In this document: positions 11,801-22,538 of the stretch, piece after piece | Position numbering within the stretch: the stretch's first letter is position 1 | Layout of the letters: every line of letters starts with the position of its first letter | Assembly: GCA_973895155.1 (NCBI GenBank) | Contig: OZ316898.1 | Location: 19,417,292 to 19,481,291, forward strand | Direction of reading: 5' to 3' | DNA: 64,000 nt | Source of the DNA: Marsupella aquatica | Taxonomy: Eukaryota > Plantae > Marchantiophyta | Notes under the pieces: model-generated | Told to the model about the DNA's origin: nothing | The model's database searches: none | What the model saw: only the letters and a program-made list of their open reading frames with translations | Made by a program: the position numbers and the translations under genes

Positions 11801-13539
11801 GCGAAGGCCAGGGTTATTAGTCAGCATGGAAGAAGACCAATGAATGATATACTTAATCGTAAAACGGCACTTACAATGTAACCTAGGTCCAAGAACCTAC
11901 CGCACATCTCCAGCAGATTCACTCCCACAACTCTACTCAGGAGTTCACACATAAAAATTGAGGCACAGAACTTTCACAAACTTTCAAGCGGGACTAAACC
12001 GATAGCTTCAATTGATGCACAGAAACCTCAAAATTTACCTCAGCAATTGTTCGTGCAACCTCTGGAGTCGTGAGTTTTCCATCTCCAGCATGCTCGATTT
12101 CTTCTTTCTCTAGCTTTGAAAGATCTTCCAAGGGGTGATAACCCCACTTTTCCTGGCGCTTATGCGATTCAGGCTTGGAATCGGAGTAGTCGGCGGCTAC
12201 ACGGACATCCACATTCCGTTTTCTGAAGAAGGAATGTTCCAAAGATGGACTGAAAGGAAACCGGGAGCTGCACAAAAATTCATCCTTAAGTATAGGTCAA
12301 CAGAGCTATTTGACAGAGCTAAACGTTATTTTCCTGAAAACTAACCATCTATTGGATGGTAAGCAGATGCTAGGACGCTTTCTTTCATTTTTTATATATA
12401 CATATGTATTTTAAGCAGCACGGTAGCAAGGCCCAACACAAGCCCTCATCAAAGATTCATCGCGTTGCAAGCTAAGTATGGAGGGAATCTTGAAAGTAAT
12501 TTCAATCCGCTTGCAATATATTACTCCCAACCCTCTTCTTTGGCTACACATGTAATCCAAGATCTTCCTGAGACGATTTGATAACTGAGGTTATTTACAA
12601 GTCTCTGAGAGGATGTTGTTGCACTCATAGGGGCTTGCTTTTAGCCAGCAACGTGTCTTCAAAACCTGTCCGAATTGAGGTTTTTTTTCCCGAATCGATC
12701 TTCTGGCGTTTCAAATCTGGTGACCAATTCCAAAGTACGCAATGCCATGGAAATTTCAGGTAGCAGTACCGTTCTACAACCGATCATCAACGACTAAATA
12801 CGGTACTCTTGCGTACTGAGGAGGTGCGGAGGCCATGGGGCACTTTCGACACAGTAATCCTTGCCAGAAACATGCACAAGAAATTTCTCCTCGGCAGATG
12901 CACTAGACCGTTGCCATTCCTTTCAGATTAAAGAAACGGACAATAAAAGCAGGCCCAAGGAGACGCTATATATCGTCGAACAGTGAGTCAGAACCAGGAA
13001 CAGATAAGCATTCCTGGTGTGCCTGAAAGAAGATACGGAGTGCGGGGTACAAAACAAAACGCAAACCCCTGAAAGTCAGATTTGTTAATCGATGCTCAAG
13101 GCACCCCTACAGCAAACAAATGTTCCATTGTTAGCTCCCTCGATGAATGCAATGGACTCACACATTTGGGCATGCAACGCAGAGAATTCCTAGATTTCTT
13201 GATGGCAATCGATTGCTCAAGGCAACCCCTACAGCAGACAAAGGTTCCATTGTTAGCTCCCTCGATGAATGCAATGGACTCACACATTTGGTCATGCAAC
13301 GCAGAGAATTCCTAGATTTCTTAATAGCTGTGACGAAATTCAGAGCTCAGAGTTCGGCACGTTGAGGGATCGAGTAATGGCGAGTCAGTGCGAGTCAAAC
13401 CGTACCTAGTCCTGCCAGGTAGTCTACAAAAACTCGGCGACGGCCTTGATGAACGAGCTTGCATACGGAGGGTGCCACCACCACCACCAGTGGCAGCAAA
13501 CCCTTCCCCACAACCACAGCCAACAAGGGAAGCCGCCAT
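8823..13539 (-). CDS. At3g59300/At3g49140/At5g24060-like uncharacterised plastid protein (FMN-binding split-barrel-like N-domain + HugZ/DUF2470-like C-domain); exons 13539-13406, 12267-12039, 11790-11697, 11566-11499, 11258-11121, 10956-10828, 10449-9667, 9552-9400, 9240-9145, 8927-8823; 642 aa
   Basis: Family motifs VAADYSDS..GYHPLEDL, EVARTIAEVN, YLVDDHGDLYFEI, VHPMDFASKV, SFYKLEI, DFAFAEPDALAH, ALKALCQRAKGLDVEEVSVVGVDCLGLDLRV..EVQTLRIPF..QALFPR; all introns GT-AG, total 1929 nt in frame; S/R-rich N-terminus resembles a transit peptide. The exon 1-2 join is the least certain. Confidence 0.87.
13087..13324. repeat. ~120-bp tandem duplication in intron 1 of the minus-strand gene
   Basis: AATCGAT(T)GCTCAAGGCA..GTTCCATTGTTAGCTCCCTCGATGAATGCAATGGACTCACACATTTGG..GAATTCCTAGATTTCTT occurs twice (~13087, ~13207). 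Confidence 0.95.
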
Positions 13540-14878
13540 GTCTCCCTGAGCTTCCTTACTCTGCTGCTAGCAATGCAGCTCCTCGATCGTATCTCACTCC
13601 ATCTCCACAAAGTGCAGGAAAGGATTACCACCAGAATGCTTCACGTTAGTAGCGTCGATCGAACGCGCTGCAATCTAAATCCACCTCTCAATCATTTGCC
13701 CGCACCTCCTCCTTCTGTGACGAATTTTCGATCCCACTTACTAGTGTATCAATTTTATTCCAGAGAAACCTCCAAACATTTGGAAAACAGTGTGCGGCGA
13801 TGATCCTCGCAGGCCCCACGAGACCTTTCCATCAATGTTCGCAAGCCTGCATCCTATTCGAGCTCCATGAACTCAATTCGCTCCTCTGTCCGTAACGTCA
13901 GTCTACCTGTCGTTGGAAGCGATTCTATAGCCGTCTGTTCGCACCACTAGGTTCCGCAATCCCGAGCGTTGGAGCAACCAGCACGATCCTCTCTTCTGAC
14001 TTCACCTTCACGTTCTGCCGGTCCGCTCTCGACGTTTTTTCTTTTCTTCTGCGTCGTCTTCTTTACCCCAGTCGTCCGTCCGTAATCGGAAATCAGTAGA
14101 CCCCGCCGCGCGGCAGTAGGTAGAACAAAATCAGCTCTCTTCCTATCATTCAAGCACATGCACAGTCCAATTTCCTTCCCATCCTCCTCTTGCTTGTTTC
14201 CCACTCTTGCTTTCTATTCTCCACGCTTACTAGTAACCTACTGGAGGATTTCGGATCCTTCTTGTCTTCTCGGTGTCCTTCAATTCACATTTCCCCTTTC
14301 CCTCCCGGTCGGAGCAGGCCCTAGTGTGTACGTAGGTGCGAACAATATCAATCTCCGCCCTCCCTTTTTTCGAGTTCTTGCCTTCCCTTTCCTGTTTCTT
14401 CCTCCCGCTTCCTGTTCACTATCTACTGTAGAACTCCAATCCTTTCTCGTCGCGTTCGCCCCCTCAAGCAGAACTCCAAATCTTTTTCACGTCGTTCTTC
14501 AAGCATCCCTCTCCTCCATCACTCACTCCATCATTCCAGCAATCCAGCAACAAATCACCGAGCCAATCAGCCAATCAGCCAGTGAGGCAATCGATCCCTC
14601 TCGTCTGATATCATCACCCCTCCCCCCGCTTTCGGAGGGTGTTCCGCCTCCTGCGTCCGTCCACGTGCTCCGGCGGGGCCGATCGTTTTGGTGCTTGCGA
14701 CTATGGTTGGATGCGGACGACGAAGCTCTCCAGTCTCCACCCCGAGCAGAACCGATCTTCGATTCACGTGAAGAAAGTCATGTCGCGCCGAATCTGCGCT
14801 GCTGCTTGTTGGGACTTGGGATGCTCGCCAAAATTTCCAATCCTCTGCCAAAGCTTTCGATAAACAGCACAGTGGTGA

Positions 14879-15857
14879 AAGTCACTCCTCGTTCCTTTTC
14901 TCTCTCTCACTCTCTCTGCCATTTCTCCATCTTTCTCTACGTGTGCCCTTCACCGTCGTCGTCCTCGCACCGTCGGACGGCGGGTCATCACTACATATTT
15001 TATAAATTATATAATATATATAGGGTATGGTCAAGTGCATCATTCCAACCATGGTTGCCCTAGTCCCTCAATTTTATAATTAAGCTGGCGTTCAATGGAC
15101 CTTAACTCCCTAGTTTTCATCGTCTTTCTCTCCCGGTCATCACTATAATTATGGGGTATGGTCAAGTACAGTTCCAACCATGGTTGCCCTGGCCCCTCAT
15201 TTCTCTAATAGGGAGTCTCAAAGATGGAGATTTGATGGACCTTAACTCCCTCGTTTTCACCTTCTTCCTCGCACCGTTGGAAGGCAGGTCATCACTATAT
15301 GGAGTATGGTCAAGTACATCATTCCAACCATGGTTGCCCTGGCCCCTCATTTTTCTAATAGGGCATCTCAAAGCTGGTGATTTGATGGACCTTTATTCCC
15401 TAGTTTTCACGGTTTCCTTCGCCCCGTTGGAAAGCGAGGACCTTAACTTCCTAGTTATGGGTTATGTAAACAAAAAGTCATGGCAATTTGATGGACCTTA
15501 GGGGAAGTCACTCCTTGTTCGTTTCTCTCTCTGCCATTAGTTTCTCCATCTTTCTCTATGTCTGCCCTTCATTGTTGTCTTCCTCGCACTGTCGGAAGGC
15601 GGGTCATCACTATAATGGGGTATGGTCAAGTGCATCATTCCAACCATGGTTGCCCTGGCCCCTCATTTTTCTAATTAAGTTGGCGATTTGATGGACCTTA
15701 ACTCCCTAGTTTTCACCCTCTTCTTCACTCGTTGGAAGGCGGGTCATCACTATATGGGGTATGGTCAAGTACATCATTCCAACCATGGTTGCCCTAGCCC
15801 CTCATTTTTCTAATAGAGTGTCTCAAAGCTGGCGATTTTATGGATTTTCTAATAGGG
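14879..15857. repeat. Tandem array of five ~140-150 bp units with a higher-order duplication
   Basis: Unit GGTCATCACTA..GTATGGTCAAGT..TTCCAACCATGGTTGCCCT..CCCTCA..ATGGACCTTAACTCCCT at ~14982, 15135, 15287, 15601, 15741; a ~100-bp leader block (AAGTCACTCCT..TTTCTCCATCTTTCTCTA..) precedes units 1 and 4. Confidence 0.93.
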
Positions 15858-17779
15858 TTATCAAAGGTGAATTAGTTCAAACCCTGTTGAAACCCATGAC
15901 AACTTAATAATGTTAGGAAAGCAAAATGTCCTGGTTAGAGGGCATTGTGAGCTATGATGCCCCAAAATGGAGTGCTGCAGCAGTTGAGGGGACCTTATGG
16001 CCCACAATGCCAGTAACTAGAACTTTTAGTTACATAAAAACTTCAGAGAGTTCCGAGAAGAAAGTTAAATGCCAGGATTTTAGGGCATGCAAAGAAGAGG
16101 CATTTATATTCTACAATACATACCTTGCCGTGAGGAGGACATCATGCAAGAATCAATCAATCTACAGCAGACATATGCACAAAAGCCTTGACTGTGCGCA
16201 TTCTTGTCCATAAAGCCCTAAAAATTACAAAGAAGAAGAATCATGAAGGGCATAAAATCAAGTAAGAGCCATTTTGCATATATGGCAATGGCTGTACCAA
16301 ATCAGCCCTACTACACCCATTACACCTGGTAGCTTTCTCAATCAGAAACAAGAATATGTGACGGACACTTGGATCTGACCTGGAGTGTTGTGAGTTTGTA
16401 GGACCTCCCATACTGCCAAAACAGGTAGATAGGTACAATATGCGAGTTTGCAGCCTTACAAGATCCTTTCTCCTTTGCCCTACATTCTTCATGCTCCCTC
16501 AAGCTGTATTTGTACCACCCGCCTCTTACTTTCCTAGAATATTCACAAATGTGGTTATATTATTCCCTACGACACTATCTTGGGATAAACAAATAAGTTT
16601 TGGGATCCCACCATTCTTGACATAATTTCATTTAGTCAAACATGGTTTTCCCTTCAAAAGAAACAACTTGATTTCGATTATCAATGGCGTTAGCAACCTT
16701 TAACCCCAAGACTAGAATAGCGCTGCCTCCAGAATTAATACTCGAAGATCCTTCAAATGTGTCATATGGTAATCAATGGTGGTCACTAGAATGAATATTC
16801 TGAAGATATTCTCACAAAGCATTATTAAAAGTTATTCCCTTTTGGTTTGTGTGAATGCTGGTAACTTTGGTGAGGACCAATCTACCATCGCCAGCACCCC
16901 CGACCAGGTCTAGAGTCGTCAGACCCACCAAATACCCTACTTTACTTATGTTGACTGGACAACTGACACTACTCGGCTATTGGGATTCCCATACTCCCCT
17001 TTGGATAATAAATAAATAACTATTAAATTTTGGGCAGGAACATCAAAGTATTTGTGGGGTTCTTGTGAAACCTAGTAGGACTATTTTAAGGATCCCATAG
17101 TAAACATTGACTTTTTCTGTGTAAATACTATACTAATTTCAAAGTTAACAAGGATGAAAAGTTTACATATTCACTGCTTACTAGATTATATCACACTCCC
17201 AAATAACAAAAGACACATCCCAAAGGTAGGAGGACAAGGGAAAACCCAAGTGGACCAAAGAGCTTTGAGAGTCCCAGCAAGAGTCCTCCACAACCCTACT
17301 TGGCTGCAAATTGAAAAGCCTAGTAAAGTTCTTGGTTAGGATGCTTCTCAGAGCATTCTGGCCTTGCATGATTTCCTGCAATGAAAAATAAATAATGTTT
17401 GATGAAGTTCCTACTCTAAGCAGGAGGGAAGAGGAAAGGTTAGAAACCCTGTTATCCCTTGACAAAGCTAAACTACATCCAAGGGATAACAGAAATTCAG
17501 TGACCAATCCTTTCGTATGTCAAGGGACCTCCCATCCCATATTTGATAAAATAAAAAACCTCAAATAATTAAAACTGTAGGGCACAGATCTGTGCTCACT
17601 CCAAGGCCTAAATCCTTCTCATCTTTGATCACAATGCAAAGTGGATGAATCTTATAGCTGTTTTGATTCCACTTCTTTTGAGGGGAGTTGGTCAAAGTTC
17701 AGTATTAAGAGAGGAATCACACTGGCAAGTTCACCACATTAAGCCTGGATGGGAAAGAGATTTCATGGAGTTTTTCCGA

Positions 17780-18040
17780 GGGATGAGCCTAGAACCGACA
17801 GGTCCCAGGTTCAATCCCTCCTCCACATTCAAGGGGTGTGGAGGATATGTGTCTGTACGTGTGGATGGGGTGTAGTGGTGGAAGTCTTGGTTTCTCCTCA
17901 GCCCCTGGCTAGTCCACTTTGGGGTCCTGGCTCAACCCTCTCTCCCTCCTGGTCTGGGTCCTTGTCGGATCCCTGGGTATTGTCCCTCCTTGTGGGTGAC
18001 CTACAGTGGTGCATACTCCAAATTAAAATGTCTATCCTCT
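17780..18040 (+). mobile_element. tRNA-derived SINE-like repeat, copy 1 (copy 2 at 48468-48725)
   Basis: Head GGGATGAGCCTAGAACCGACAGGTCCCAGGTTCAATCCC resembles a tRNA variable loop + T-arm/B-box; the body (TGGTTTCTCCTC..TCAACCCTCTCTCC..TCGGATCCCTGGGTATTGTCCC) is shared with 48468-48725. The SINE class is inferred. Confidence 0.6.
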
Positions 18041-20076
18041 GTTGGATGGGTCTACTTTCAACTTTTGAGGCAAAAAAATATTCATAGCTTGTGAATATTG
18101 ACACCTCACTTGCGAGATAGAGGTGCCCTAACCAGCATAGCTTTGACATGCCCTAATGCCATGCACTGCACAACCGTCAAGGTTTCTTTTCTCAAATTAG
18201 AGCACATGCTGTGTTATGGAATCATAACTTCTCTAGATTTCAGTTTTTAGCTTAGAAAAAAAGCTTAGAATATATTCCTAGATGATCCACTGGAAATGAT
18301 TATATTGCTTCACAAGAATAAAAAATATAAAGCCTGGATGGACTGACTGGTTGGTAAAAGACTTGGGTAGCACATTTTACAATTTTTACTGAATGGTGAC
18401 TTGCTGGTTTCAATCAGTTTACCTGGAAGGAGGTCGCTTCTCATGCCCAAACTACTCAGGGAGTTCTGCCCCCAAAAAAACCTTGTCCTTCCCCAAAGTG
18501 GTAATTTGTTTCTCATGTTCAAACTACTTAAGGAGTACCAAGGCAATATGGTACACTCTTGGGCCCAAGCAATGTACCACGGTCTTGCTAGTGTACAGTG
18601 AACCACATTTAAGTGCAAGCTCCTGGGAAGATATCTGCCAGTATTTATCCATGAAATGCACTATGCTATAAGTGCATATGATATCATTTATGCACTTTTC
18701 CATATGTGCATGATCTGCACTATCTAATAAATGCATGAGAAATCACTTATGCACTCCCCTTCTGTTGTAGGGTCACACACATTGGCCTCCTCATACCCTG
18801 AGCCGTCACATTGCAATTGGATAAGTACATGATACTACTTTATGTATGAGCCTTCATAGTGCACATTGCAATTGGATAAGTACATGATACTACTTTATGT
18901 ATTTGTTTGTTGCACTTATCAAACCACCCTTTTTATGTACATGCATTCCAATAACTAAAAAATTGCATATGTATGCTTATAGATGGAAATACATTACACA
19001 CATATATATATACACGACATTTAGTGCAATGTTTAGTCTTTTAGTGAGGCTCTACCTGCACTTATCGTAATTTTGCAGCATTGGTCACACTTTTGGGTTT
19101 GAAACTCTTTCGGGTCCACGGGAGTTGCTTTATCAAATGCAGTGATCCATCCTAGCATTAACTTCTTGATTTCAAAGCTTGGGGAGAAAATATTTTATCC
19201 CCTAAATTTGAACATTAAATTAGAAATTAAAATCCAGCCCTTCTCACGAGAGCCACTCGAGAGGTATCCCTCTCTGCCAGACACGTAAGCGCCATGACCT
19301 GATCGATTCAATCCAGCTCTGCAGTTTTCATTTCGCTTTTCTCCCAGAACGAAATCCTCTCTCGGGTGGGAATCGGCCTTTGGGTTTTATTTTCGAATCC
19401 GCCCATAGCTCGAGAGCAATGTGAATTCTGCTCTATGTCGGAATCGTCCTTGGAAAGAAAAGTTGTGGGCAACGAGTTTTACATTGGGCTTTGCATTGGA
19501 CTGCCTCCAAATTGAGCTCGTCTGTACAGACTCCACACAACTGAGCCTGTTGCATGAGGTGATTGTCTTCTCTTCCTCTGATTCTGGCGTTATTCTTGTA
19601 ATTTGACGGGGAGTTCTTCATGGTCATCTGAGTTGTGTTAGACTTGTTTTAGCCTCGAATGGTTTTGGTTAGACTTTCCGCAGCTCTTTCTCCGGGAAAT
19701 TTAGAAGCTCGGAGCTGGAGTTGTGAATGCTCTAGTGTCGGACAGGGGTCAGGTTTCCACAAGAGTCTATCAGTGATTCTCTGCCACTTGGTCTGAAGCA
19801 AACATTAGTTTGACCAAAAGGCACTTCCTCTACATTTAGTTGGGTTCGGTTTGATCTGCAGAACGATGCAAAATTCACAGTCGAAATTTTTGGACGCCTA
19901 GGTGCTGAAGAGAATGCTTTTCTGTAATTAAGTATCCGTCGCCGAGCTAATGCTAGTAACCACACTTTTGAACGTGGCTAGTATGGGTTTCAGCTTTGTG
20001 CTTCCCTTTGGGGGCGGTAAGCTGGACATGAATTACAAGGTCTCGTCTTTCTAGCGTTTTGCAGAAGCTGGTGAGG

Positions 20077-21631
20077 ATGGCGCAACCTGCTGTATTAGGA
20101 GTGCTGTACAGTGAATTTCCACCTCTCGTCACACCTGTGAAGTCCAAGTTCATCTACTATCCGTTCTCGGAGGTGCAAGAGAAAGCGGTGTTTTTGGCAG
20201 AGAAGGGAGCATCCATACGTGGGATTGTCACTGATGTATCCAGCAAGGTCCCTAAGGATCTGATCAGCAAGCTGCCCAACCTGGAGATCGTTTCTACCTT
20301 CAGCGTGGGAACGGACCATGTGGACCTCCAGTTTTGCAAGCAGCGTGGTGTGATCGTCACCAACACTCCGGATGTGCTAACAGATGATGTAGCAGACCTA
20401 GCCCTAGCTTTGACCCTTGCCACTATGAGACGTATTGCCGCTGCTGATCGATATGTGAGAGAAGGCAAATGGCTAGCCAAATCCTACCCTCTCACTACCC
20501 AGGTATGTCACTAGATTCTACCCCTGCGTCTTGCAGTCCAAATTAAGATTATACGGTATCCACATTTACACGCAAATGCTGGTTTATTGATGGCATCAAG
20601 TAGGACGGCAGGAAGGAGAAACTGGAACGTTATTAGAACTTTGCTGTTGGGGTTCGAAAGTTCTGTTTGTCCAACGACAGTCATCCCGGCCGGACTAACA
20701 GCTGGTGTTCGAGAATTCAGAATAACGAGTAAATAATGCTTCTAATCAGGCCTCTCCCTAACAAGCTTATGTTGAACGTAATTTTCAGATGTCAATCTTA
20801 GATAGCACCCCCTCAAACCTATAACATTGCAACTCTTGCCAGGATTAGGTTAATATTTATATTAACTTCTAATGTGAGATCAATCCATTGCCATCAATTT
20901 GCAACTCTTAACTACTTGAGGCAACATGATCTGTAGTTTTAGTACAGATTGCCCAACAGTTTTGTTGTAATGAGCAAGTGCAGCTGCTTAAAAAATGGCC
21001 ACGAGGGTTCAATTAGGACTTCAGGCGTTAAGAGCTATCTCCAGAAAAATTCACGCCTTTGTTTTTTCCTTTCTAGATGCTAGTCTGAAACTGGTCCTCA
21101 CATGATGTGCAGGTAAGTGGAAAGCGGGTTGGGATAGTTGGGCTGGGCCGAATTGGAGTAGCAATCGCCAAAAGATTTGAAGGTTTTGGATGCAGCATTG
21201 CGTACTGGAGTAGATCAGAGAAGAAACAGTTTCAATATAAATATTCATCAACGATTATAGACCTAGCAAAGGATTCGGATATACTCATTGTAGTATGTGC
21301 TTTGGCACCTGAGACGACTGGAGTCATAAATCGTGATGTCATCGATGCACTGGGGCCGAAAGGGTACATCGTTAATGTTGCCAGAGGCCCGGTAATTAAT
21401 GAAGCAGAGCTCGTGAAAGCTCTGGTAGAAGGCCGAGTAGCAGGAGCAGGGTTGGATGTGTTTGAGAACGAACCCCGTGTCCCAGAGGAGTTGTTCAAGC
21501 TGGATAATGTTGTGTTGCAACCTCATGTGGCGTCTGGCACTAACGAGACGAGGCAGGCAATGGCGGACCTTGCTGTGGCAAACTTGGAAGCACATTTTTC
21601 TGGCAAACCTGTACTTACACGGGTGGTTTGA
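20077..21631 (+). CDS. HPPR: Hydroxyphenylpyruvate / glyoxylate-hydroxypyruvate reductase (HPPR/HPR2-3 type D-2-hydroxyacid dehydrogenase); exons 20077-20502, 21113-21631; 314 aa
   Basis: [35 protein letters not shown], Rossmann [34 protein letters not shown]; phase-0 intron CAG|GTATGT..TGCAG|; probable 5'UTR acceptor TTTTGCAG at 20064. Confidence 0.95.
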
Positions 21632-22307
21632 CGGATCAGCTTCACCTGTCGTCATGCATCAGCATTGTTACAGATTCATGACTTGTCCAATTTCTACTTC
21701 ATCATTCGGTATCATAGCTGGTGATTAATAGACAAGCATTACTCTATAGGGATAAAAACACATTGTTCAGTTCAGCAAATTGTTCTGATGTTTCACCCTC
21801 AATTCTTAGATCAAATGGATCAAAAGAGCCTGGCCTCAAATTCAAGTGTCAGAATGAAGTTGCTCGACATTCCTTAAAAGTGAGCATGCTGGTTGTTCTG
21901 TGTACTATCGGTGATTGCTCTTCATGTGATGTTGATCACAATTAGTAGCTTTGAAGAGAATATCGTCTTCAAGCAATCAGCTCGTGCTATTTGAGCTGCC
22001 TAATCTTGGGCGAGCGGACAATGCTCCGAATGTAGTTCTCTGTTATGAGGGAACAATTTCATGATTAGGTGTTGGGCAGGGTCCTTGAAAACTTGGATTG
22101 GACTGTCATTTTTGTCTGAACTCTCTAAATGTCACTCGTCTTTCCTGCCATTGTCTTGGGTGCTATTTACTCTTGAAGTGATCATACAGATTGTCACCTT
22201 GTGGACCTCAACTTAGATCACTCTGTTTCCTCATTACTCTGTTCCCTCTGTACATAGTCCTGTGGTACATTTTGTCCCAAATTGATTTCAAACTTATTCA
22301 TACATTA

Positions 22308-22538
22308 CGAGCCCTATGCCAGTGCTTTGCACTGTGCAAGGAGGGCAGGCCCATAGGGATTGGCCAGGGCATTATGGGGCAGCGGGAAACAAATATGTGC
22401 TAAGGGTGTACATTTTTTTCATCAATGGTCAGCAAAATAGTTAATCAAATCCAACTGTTATGGATCTTTCTCGCTCAGAAGCTTTTTTGTATTGGGACGA
22501 AGGACAAAAAAAGCGGGACCCCTTATTATAGTTGTAGA
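22308..22538 (-). mobile_element. Short non-autonomous Helitron-like element, copy A
   Basis: On the minus strand it starts TCTACAACTATAATAAG and ends with hairpin CAGTGC-AAA-GCACTG then GCATAGGG-CTCG|T; homologous over its length to 25696-25933. Confidence 0.6.

Noticed and set aside
12770-13025. Extra coding exon in intron 1 of the minus-strand gene
   Set aside because: The candidate acceptors I tried lead to stops or lack a convincing donor; exon 1 joins 12267 in the correct phase without it.
8823-13539. Calling the minus-strand gene a PPR protein, as its Arabidopsis relatives are sometimes labelled
   Set aside because: No 35-aa PPR repeats are visible in the assembled protein.
14158-15063. 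301-aa ORF as a protein-coding gene
   Set aside because: Low-complexity S/P/L/F composition expected from a C/T-skewed tract, ends inside a tandem repeat, no recognisable domain; kept only as a weak finding.
14879-15857. CRISPR-like look of a palindromic repeat at regular spacing
   Set aside because: The inter-core sequences are homologous to each other, so they are not unique spacers; the context is eukaryotic and there are no cas genes.
17780-17825. tRNA gene
   Set aside because: Only a T-arm/B-box-like part is present; I could not fold an acceptor stem or D-arm, and it is embedded in a dispersed repeat.
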